Below are positions 36,601 to 42,391 of a stretch of DNA of 45,295 nucleotides, piece by piece. The translations under genes were made by a program, and so were the position numbers. The notes under the pieces were generated by a model. The model had not been told where the DNA came from. It ran no database searches and saw only the letters and a program-made list of their open reading frames with translations. The stretch comes from Bacillota bacterium (GTDB lineage Bacteria; Bacillota; Dethiobacteria; DTU022; UBA8154): NCBI GenBank assembly GCA_029778075.1, contig JAKORA010000069.1:1-45295 (forward strand), in the 5' to 3' direction. The first letter of the stretch is position 1; every line of letters starts with the position of its first letter.

Positions 36601-37173
36601 GGCGTCCGTAGGGATAGTTCCTCCCGTTGAGATAACAGTTTTTACTGCAGCGGTAGCCGCTGCCTTGACGGCCGTTAAATCTGAGGGGTCATCGATACCG
36701 GCGGCGTAGTAAAACTCAACCCTGTCACCGTTAACAAGTTCAATCAAGTTCAGGGCGCCGGCGGGGTTGTTGTAACCGTCTTTATAGACATCATTGACAT
36801 AAGCGTACCAGTAACCCGGATTTTTGCGTGTATAACTCCCCACGTTGTCGAGGAGAAGAGCGCCTGATGAGGCGTAGTTCTTGTCGGTGACATCATAGGT
36901 GAAGCCGCCGGCAACAGCGGCTGCTTGAAGCGCCCCCAGCGGTGTGGTTTCGCTCACAGTGTATTCTACCCCAGAGTTGTAAGCGTTTACGTTAAAAGTT
37001 TCGTCAGCTGACAAAGCAACTTCCCCATCGTAAAGAATGTCCATTGTCAATTTCCCGGCCGCCGCGGTACTAACTGGCTGCGGTACGACTGCTGTCAAGA
37101 CGAGTGCTGCGGCCAGCACCGCTAGCGACATAACCCGTAAAACTTTCTGCCTATACCTTGTCAGTTCAATCAT
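33646..37173 (-). CDS. SLH-anchored modular cell-surface protein: signal peptide, DUF4430/transcobalamin-like domain, 4 Oxidored_molyb-like modules plus 1 divergent module, 3 SLH domains
   Basis: 1175 aa. DUF4430-like aa 41-157 (GYWYAYVND...LVNGDRVEFYY). Modules at aa 201-344, 354-496, 509-647 and 854-997 each start W(T/N)LxL.G and end GNIVRIEL-like. Divergent module at aa 659-848. Three SLH repeats at aa 1003-1172 (e.g. ISGYPDGTFKPDNNITRAEFA). SD tAGGAGGtagacaagc-ATG. Confidence 0.85.
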   Translation of the reverse strand: MIELTRYRQKVLRVMSLAVLAAALVLTAVVPQPVSTAAAGKLTMDILYDGEVALSADETFNVNAYNSGVEYTVSETTPLGALQAAAVAGGFTYDVTDKNYASSGALLLDNVGSYTRKNPGYWYAYVNDVYKDGYNNPAGALNLIELVNGDRVEFYYAAGIDDPSDLTAVKAAATAAVKTVISTGGTIPTDASRGGTVPTDWTLQLSGAKNTSVTKAYFEEALSCRPTHRVSWTDEEGNVWGGMPLWLLVAMVDDDPDEGPDHFNFNDELAAQHYVVDLISGDGWKTTLDSADIARNNGYIVANTLNGEPLPLQTPAGKPCWPLHLKGPAVFGGQQVGNIVRIELSKLPEPDEGWTLELVGDVGDTISQQEFEEGLACAGSGHYREWTDKDGNVWSGVPLWVLLGAVDDIEKGAHWTFNDSVAAAGYTVKVMAGDGYSKTFASTEVARSDAYIIANQCNGEPLAGSLWPLRLVGDGVAKEGGSLGGSAVGNIVRIEIPELQTPEPAPGSWNLKLTGKISDVISQAEFEEALACPHSGHLKEWTDKDGNVWSGIPLWLLAGWVDDRQPHAFNANQATAGYTILVKAGDGYTKDFASADVAWSNDYIVANKCNGAPLTGNSAPLRLVGNGVAKDGALGGTSVGNIVEIELASFGTVQPLPSIRIVKYAEDGTTILKEVTVDYRWMESELEVIGDGTTVYKFEGLTMKPDDLWDPDETYPGGFKIANAVKGTRVRDLCGLVGHMGAGTEIVFVAKDGFETRLPYSSIYPDPSVLARQGEAILAWWADGKYVPEYQDGMRLFFAPGGDNVYGQWDMHETLPEKYWHYNYMDGVMYPSCAGLSAKWITEIRVYSIPQGDWTLKLDGKALGGLEYDVSRTYFEQALACQFGAEHKATYTDSQGRVWEGMPLWFLAGFVDDADQHSENAFNDDLALAGYQVVLTAADGHKVTLDSADIIRNSNYIVANRLNGAPIPESDSSWPLRLVGPAVSGQTSIGQIVRIELVSDAEMLKDIVGHWAESSIRKLVALEAISGYPDGTFKPDNNITRAEFATVLVKAFQLAPKSDKTFADTSGHWAQGFVSTAASYGIISGYNDDTFGPDEAITREELAVMVVKAAELTPVAEELSFLDSGSISAWAREAVAAAVKNGVISGYPDNTLRPQGKATRAEAAAVIVNVLAKRE
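34183..36573 (-). repeat. Intragenic tandem module repeats of the S-layer protein gene
   Basis: Module coordinates from my residue count: 36142-36573, 35686-36114, 35233-35649, divergent 34630-35199, 34183-34614. Confidence 0.8.
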
Positions 37174-37222
37174 GCTTGTCTACCTCCTAACTGGACGAGC
37201 CCGTGTAATAAAAGTTGGATTT

Positions 37223-37259
37223 TAAAACAACTCCTTTTAAAACATTGCCTTCTAAAACA
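37223..37259 (-). promoter_or_regulatory. Three direct TGTTTTA repeats at 15-nt spacing upstream of the S-layer protein gene
   Basis: Plus-strand TAAAACA at 37223-37229, 37238-37244 and 37253-37259. The two distal copies extend to CAATGTTTTA. They lie 50-86 nt upstream of the ATG at 37173. Confidence 0.35.
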
Positions 37260-37437
37260 TTGATTACATCAGTGTTTACGTTCGCTTGAAAAAGTGTTAC
37301 CAAAAGTTCACAAGAGTTAAGAACTAAGGGCTTAATTCCCATCCTTGCTGGTCCGTACTGTCAGTCTATGCTATCTGGTAATGTATTGATTGGTGGAATC
37401 AACTTACCAAAAGTGAGCTAAGTTCCGTAAAGCTATA

Positions 37438-38901
37438 TTATCTGGCAATCGTGATCTTTTCAGTCTCGCCTTCGTAGACTACATCCGCGCCTATGGTCTC
37501 GCTGACAAAGCGCAAGGGAACGAAGGTGCGGCCGGGTGGAAGCGTCGTTGGGGGACAATCAATAGTCTGCTCCGCTCCATTAACCCGAACAGTGCTGGAA
37601 CCCAGGGTCAGGATAATCTCTTTCTCCCCGTCGGTAATAGTAACCCGTCCTGTTTCTGGATCCCAACCAACTTGGGCGCCCAGGGCCTCGCTGACAAAAC
37701 GCACCGGCACCAGCGTGCGGTTGACCTCGGCATTAAGATAAGGCGCCGCATCCAGGGTGTAAGGCGCACCGTTGACGGTGGCTTCCATACTTCCAATGGT
37801 GAGCACAATGACTTTTGGCTCTGATTTCTCAGCTTCCGTATCTTTCCCGGGCTCTGCCCCTGTTTCCGGCTCTTCCACAGCGGGAGGTACTGCCGGAGAA
37901 CCGTCACCGGGCTCCTGGCCCTCAATAAAGTATTCAAAGGTAACAACGTCGCTGTCCAGCTTGCCGGGGCCGATTGTTACCGCTTTAATCGTGGTGTTCT
38001 TGGTAAGAGGTCCAATGGGATGATTGATTTGCCCCAAAACATCCGCCCGGGACGACCACCACCTGCTGGCAATCCAGTTGTACATAGGGCTGTTCATGGT
38101 CGGGGTGCTGCCGTCGGTGGTGTAATAAATCTTGTCGTCATCCATGTGCAGGTTACTCAACGTTACCATGGTGCCGGCAGGCACCGTGCCGCCCGGCGGG
38201 TTGGCTTGCGGGGCGTCCCATTTCTGCGGCTTGTCAGTGAGCACCTCGATCTTGTTCAGGTATTTAACGAACAGGTTTCCCGTCTGCTCGGTTACCGTCC
38301 GCTGCCCCAACATCAGCAGCAGGGTATTCAGTTCATTCATATATTCGGGATTATCACTGCCCTCCACGCTGATCAGGCCAATAATCGTCTCCACCGGCAC
38401 TGCGCCCGAAGGGTCACCTGGGATATGCCCATCACCGTCGCCGCCGCCAACTTTGAAATTAGGAAAACGATAGCGCTTGTCCTGGAACAGCTCCTTCATC
38501 GTAAGCGTTACTGTGTAGCCGTCAACTGCCGTAAACTTAAGCATCGTAGCTTCTTCTTCCTTAATTCCAGCTTTAAGGAGCAGATCCCACAATTTAACCC
38601 CCTTCCCCACATACCACTTCTTGGTGGGCCAGGTATTAATACAGCTGTATAGATACTGGTGCTGCTCCATTTTCTCCAACTCTTCCCGGGTAAAGGTCAC
38701 CGGGTTCGCCACCCCTTTTCCCGTGATCTCCAGAGAATGCGAGGTGGCAAGGGCAACCCCGGGAGCCACCAAGTTAAGCGCAACGGCAAGTAGCCATAAA
38801 ACTATAACAGCCGCCGTCAACCTGCAGAAGTTAAACTTAATTCGGCACCTTTTCAATAGAGGAAACGATAGCCTTCTCCAAGCTCTTTTACCGGTTATCA
38901 T
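37438..38901 (-). CDS. Exported protein: Oxidored_molyb-like module, chitobiase/Fn3-associated-type beta domain, Pro/Glu linker, copper-amine-oxidase-N-like stalk domain
   Basis: Start set at the ATG at 38901 (GGGGAGGtatttttc-ATG, MITGKRAWRR...) rather than 38976. Contains LEITGKGVANPVTFTREELEKM...WYVGKGVKLWDLL...AVDGYTVTL, then KIYYTTDGSTPT, and two C-terminal repeats ...RTLVPVRFVSEALGAQV / ...RTFVPLRFVSETIGADV. Confidence 0.7.
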   Translation of the reverse strand: MITGKRAWRRLSFPLLKRCRIKFNFCRLTAAVIVLWLLAVALNLVAPGVALATSHSLEITGKGVANPVTFTREELEKMEQHQYLYSCINTWPTKKWYVGKGVKLWDLLLKAGIKEEEATMLKFTAVDGYTVTLTMKELFQDKRYRFPNFKVGGGDGDGHIPGDPSGAVPVETIIGLISVEGSDNPEYMNELNTLLLMLGQRTVTEQTGNLFVKYLNKIEVLTDKPQKWDAPQANPPGGTVPAGTMVTLSNLHMDDDKIYYTTDGSTPTMNSPMYNWIASRWWSSRADVLGQINHPIGPLTKNTTIKAVTIGPGKLDSDVVTFEYFIEGQEPGDGSPAVPPAVEEPETGAEPGKDTEAEKSEPKVIVLTIGSMEATVNGAPYTLDAAPYLNAEVNRTLVPVRFVSEALGAQVGWDPETGRVTITDGEKEIILTLGSSTVRVNGAEQTIDCPPTTLPPGRTFVPLRFVSETIGADVVYEGETEKITIAR

Positions 38902-38989
38902 GAAAAATACCTCCCCTTTTCTAATTTTTGGCATTAACAAAACCACAGTGAATAACGCCAACGGTAAACGGCGCAACCGTCAGCTAAAA

Positions 38990-39322
38990 CTATTCATCGC
39001 CAGTATCGGTCAGCATAAAGAGCTGCCCTGTTTCAGGGTCTTTATAGACCGTACCAATCTTTTGGTAAAGTTTACCGCGATCCCTGGTTTCGATCAGATC
39101 CTCACGTATCTTTGGAGCTTCTGTCACCTCCCGTCCGCGGCTCACGTTAATACGCTCCCCCACCGGCCCCAGGTCGATATTCCAGTAAACAGCCAGAGCA
39201 AGCATTAGCCCGCAGGCAAATACCAGCATGGCATCCACGATATTAACAACCCCCTCCAAGGGGTTTACTTCCTCCGCTGCCCTACGCCTTAAGTATCTCC
39301 TGCCTCTCAGCCTCCCGTCCAC
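38990..39322 (-). CDS. ExbD/TolR-like single-TM protein (DUF2149-type)
   Basis: The GTG at 39322 has GGAGGTGtttgacc upstream, so it is preferred over the ORF-track TTG at 39328. Arg-rich N-terminus, then NPLEGVVNIVDAMLVFACGLMLALAVYW (ExbD-like TM helix) and a short soluble tail. Overlaps the ExbB-like gene by about 41 nt. Confidence 0.6.
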   Translation of the reverse strand: MDGRLRGRRYLRRRAAEEVNPLEGVVNIVDAMLVFACGLMLALAVYWNIDLGPVGERINVSRGREVTEAPKIREDLIETRDRGKLYQKIGTVYKDPETGQLFMLTDTGDE

Positions 39323-39953
39323 GGTCAAACACCTCCAGCAGGCTCTCCATCAGCGCTTCCAGAGAGCCCAAATATTCCTCGTACCACCTTTTGCGCAGCC
39401 GGGAAATAACAAAAGCGACACCGGCAGCAGCCAGGCCAGCTACCGTGGTATCAAAGGCGATGAGCAGAGAATCAGCCAGCGCCTGCGTATCTCCCTGGCT
39501 AAGGGCGATTATCCCCGGTCCGAGTGGGATAAGCGTGCCCATTAAGCCGAACATGGGTGCCAGGCGCGCTACCAGGTCGGTCCTATCGGTTATCCTGGAA
39601 TAATGCCGTTCCTCGCCGGCAAGCAGGCGGCGCCCCAGCGCCTCCAAGGAAGCGGCAGGCAATTTAGCGTGGCTGATCAGTTCACCCAAAACTGCTTTTT
39701 GCCGCCGGAAAAGGCCGCTTTGCTCGACCTCTTCCATAATCTGCGCCGCACTCTTTACTTGGAAGGCATCGATCAGCCCCGGCAGGTCAATTTTTTTTCT
39801 GCGCCGTTCTGTGCATACTTCCACCAGCAGGGCACCGAGCTCAAACGCCGCCAGAGCCAGAAGCAGCAGCAGGATAACAATAGTAGGGATTAACAAACCG
39901 GAGGAGATACTGTGCAACGTATCTTTTAAGGGTATTAAGATAGATTCAACCAC
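39282..39953 (-). CDS. MotA/TolQ/ExbB-family proton-channel protein
   Basis: 223 aa. N-terminal TM helix, cytoplasmic helical region, then LAPMFGLMGTLIPLGPGI...IAFDTTVAGLAAAGVAFVI, typical of the MotA_ExbB channel helices. GTG start 7 nt after the upstream stop. Confidence 0.8.
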   Translation of the reverse strand: MVESILIPLKDTLHSISSGLLIPTIVILLLLLALAAFELGALLVEVCTERRRKKIDLPGLIDAFQVKSAAQIMEEVEQSGLFRRQKAVLGELISHAKLPAASLEALGRRLLAGEERHYSRITDRTDLVARLAPMFGLMGTLIPLGPGIIALSQGDTQALADSLLIAFDTTVAGLAAAGVAFVISRLRKRWYEEYLGSLEALMESLLEVFDRGREAERQEILKA

Positions 39954-39959
39954 TTTGTT

Positions 39960-41753
39960 TTATAGCTCCTTTACGTATTCTCTGTATTTTTTCCTTGCAC
40001 CTGAAAGAATACAAACCAATAAAAAGGCTGCCGTAAAAAGATCCAGATCCTTTTGCTGCTCTGGAAGGGGAAGGGGTATGGTATAATCGAGCGACATCTC
40101 GAATACCTGCACTTCGGGAGGGCTGCTTTCCGGCTGGCCTAAGGATTCATCGCCTGTTGTAAAGGCGACTGCCAGCTCCTCTTTCTTTGCCAGGTACTGC
40201 CAGTTGTCTTCCGGCAACGGCAGCTTGTCTTCCGCTGTTAAATCGGGATACTCCGGATCTGTTATCTCTTCCTGTTGCAGCTTCTGGGCGGGATTCTCCG
40301 GCTCTTTAGCGGCGGTTGACACGAGAATCTCTACATCCTCTTCGGCAAGGTGCCGGTCATCAACTTCCGGCAACATCACAGGAGGTTCCTCAGGCCTCTC
40401 TTCCTCCGGAAGATTATTCTCTTCTACTGCTGCCATACCCGGCTCCTCTGACTCCCCGTCGGGGCCGTTAATTACACAGGTGGCCGTATAGCTGCCGTCT
40501 ACCGTTTCAACGGTGATCACGGCTGTGCCGGGGCCGACAACCGTCACCAGCCCCCTGGTATCCACCGTGGCCACGCTGGTATCGCTGGAACGCCAGATGA
40601 CATCCTTGTTTGTAGCATTAAAGGGCTCTACAGTTGCCTGCAACTGGAATGTGTGCCCAACCGGGAGGTCAAGTGCGGTTTGATCGAGAAATACACCGCT
40701 AGGCGGCCCGCCGGGGATCTTTGTCGGATCATCCGCTTCAGGATCAATGTAGAATGTGTAGGTGGCCACCTCGCTGTCCTCCTTGCCCGGACCGATCGTT
40801 TTCATCTTGAGGACGACCACATCCCGGCCTTCTACATTGTTACTAATCATCTCTTTTACAATCTCAATGGGGATGTTAATACTGTCCACATCGCCTCTTT
40901 GCTCCCACCAGCGCCTGGCGCTCCAGTTAAACATCGGACTGTTCAAAGTCGGCTCGCTGCCGTCCGTGGTATAATAAATTTTGTCGGCGTCAGTATTCTT
41001 ATTTTCCAGTTTAAGCTGGGTCCCCGGGGGCAGCGCCGTCCCATCGGGGATATTCACTTTCGGGGCATCCCATTTTTCCAGGGGTGTGGTCAGCACCTCG
41101 ATTTTCTTAATATATTTAACAAATAAAAGCCACGTTTGCTCGGTTACAGCTCGCTGCCCCAGCACCAGCATCGGGGCATTTCTATCGTCCATTTCTTCGG
41201 GGTCCTCGCTATCCTCAGCAGCTACCAGGGAGATAATCGGCTCAACTTCCATCGCCCCCTCCGATGAACCGGGGATACTCCCATCAGTGGGATGATTCTC
41301 CTTTAAACCGGGAAAATAGTAACGTTTGTCCACCAACAACTCCTTAACAGTCAGAGTCATCTCGTAGTCATCGGCCGCGATGAATTTAATAAGCGTGGCC
41401 TCCTTCTCCTTGAACCCTGCCAGGGAGAGAAGGTCGCTTAGTTTTACTCCCCTGGCTATGTACCACCTCTTGGTTGGCCAGGTGTTGATCGTGCTGTAGA
41501 CGTGCTCGTACTGCTCCATTGCCTCAAGCTCGGCCTGGGTAAGCTCCAGCGGGGTCGTCACCCCTTCCCCGAAAATCTCCAGTGCCACCTTTTCGGCAAA
41601 GGCAGGTGCCGGTGCTATTAGATTGGGCATAAAGGCAAACAGTAACAAAGTGATGACAGCCATCAAGCCTTTGCCAAACCAAATTCCTGACCGGGGTTTA
41701 AAATATCGTATAATTACCGCTCCTCCTCTCAAAAAAGTAATATGCATGCTCAT
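39960..41753 (-). CDS. Exported, C-terminally membrane-anchored paralog of 37438-38901: Oxidored_molyb-like module, chitobiase/Fn3-associated-type domain, Big_2 domain, acidic E/P-rich stalk, TM anchor
   Basis: Contains LEIFGEGVTTPLELTQAELEAM...WYIARGVKLSDLL...AADDYEMTL, KIYYTTDGSEPT, Big_2-like LPVGHTFQLQATVEPFNATNKDVIWRSSDTSVATV, and the tail LFTAAFLLVCILSGARKKYREYVKEL. The start is uncertain: ATG at 41753 or 41747, ORF-track TTG at 41768, or just after the GAGAGGAGGAG at about 41725. Confidence 0.7.
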   Translation of the reverse strand: MSMHITFLRGGAVIIRYFKPRSGIWFGKGLMAVITLLLFAFMPNLIAPAPAFAEKVALEIFGEGVTTPLELTQAELEAMEQYEHVYSTINTWPTKRWYIARGVKLSDLLSLAGFKEKEATLIKFIAADDYEMTLTVKELLVDKRYYFPGLKENHPTDGSIPGSSEGAMEVEPIISLVAAEDSEDPEEMDDRNAPMLVLGQRAVTEQTWLLFVKYIKKIEVLTTPLEKWDAPKVNIPDGTALPPGTQLKLENKNTDADKIYYTTDGSEPTLNSPMFNWSARRWWEQRGDVDSINIPIEIVKEMISNNVEGRDVVVLKMKTIGPGKEDSEVATYTFYIDPEADDPTKIPGGPPSGVFLDQTALDLPVGHTFQLQATVEPFNATNKDVIWRSSDTSVATVDTRGLVTVVGPGTAVITVETVDGSYTATCVINGPDGESEEPGMAAVEENNLPEEERPEEPPVMLPEVDDRHLAEEDVEILVSTAAKEPENPAQKLQQEEITDPEYPDLTAEDKLPLPEDNWQYLAKKEELAVAFTTGDESLGQPESSPPEVQVFEMSLDYTIPLPLPEQQKDLDLFTAAFLLVCILSGARKKYREYVKEL

Positions 41754-42020
41754 GCATATTTTGGTCAAAATTTTTCTATTATGTAGTAAATTCTTACACT
41801 ACACTATTTTATTCCTTGATAAACACAATTTATCTTCACTATGCACATATATTCATAATAGGAGCAAAGTCTTCCTTAAAATCTATTATATAACAACTAC
41901 AACTACATTTAAAGATGTAAATAAAGAGTAACAACGCCCCTCCTTTTGAAACTATACATTATTACAATTATACGCTTTTCCGATACCTTTTCTGCATAAA
42001 ATTCTTGTATAATTCCTCTT

Positions 42021-42061
42021 ATAATTAAACTTCATGGTGGCAAGGAACTGCTGCCATGAAG
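42021..42061 (-). terminator. Rho-independent (bidirectional-looking) terminator after the metallophosphoesterase gene
   Basis: CTTCATGG..GCA-loop-TGC..CCATGAAG (8 bp, a 2x2 internal loop, then 3 bp) about 50 nt after the stop at 42112. Followed on the minus strand by TTTAATTAT. Confidence 0.6.
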
Positions 42062-42111
42062 TTTGCCTTTTCAATTTGCCGTTTTGTTTGTTCAGGTTGT
42101 GTGAGCTCCTG

Positions 42112-42391
42112 TTAGATCTCTACCAGTGCGTTTAACGCATTGTTTAAGCGAGCTGCCGCCTGGTCCACTTCCTCCTGGCCGGCATTCTCGTTCTGGAAGA
42201 CCCGTTCGGCCACCAGCAGCATGTTCGAAACCTGTCTCCAGGAACGGGATGTATAAGCCGCCGGGTTCAGGGAACGGGCTTCGTTGATGGCCGCCTCCAG
42301 GGCTGTTTTATCCGCTTTTTCTACCAGCTGCGCCATGGCGGCTTCAAGCCGGGCCAAAGCCTGGTCTATGGCAGCCTGAGTGACATGCTCC
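42112..42391 (-). repeat. Copy A of a 280-nt near-identical segment (3' end of the coding region)
   Basis: Aligns base for base with 45016-45295. I counted about 21 mismatches in 280 nt by hand. Confidence 0.9.

Noticed and set aside
39960-40080. Sortase (LPXTG) sorting signal at the C-terminus of the 602-aa protein (PLPLPEQQKD followed by a hydrophobic stretch and ARKK).
   Set aside because: No LPXTG or close variant precedes the hydrophobic segment. I treat it simply as a C-terminal TM anchor.
33646-41768. Twin-arginine (Tat) signals on the Oxidored_molyb-like proteins, which would imply folded Moco enzymes.
   Set aside because: None of the N-termini shows an S/T-R-R-x-F-L-K type motif. 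They look like Sec signals or lipoprotein signals.
41769-42111. Cobalamin or Moco riboswitch upstream of the surface/ECF cluster (also examined 37174-37437 and 32656-32802).
   Set aside because: I could not find the conserved cores by eye (B12-box-like GCCACTG/AGxCxGGAGACC or the GGGAA...GGTG...TCC segments; the Moco CCGAGCC/AAAGG pattern). Regions 41769-42111 and 37174-37437 are too AT-rich for these motifs. An Infernal scan is still needed to be sure.
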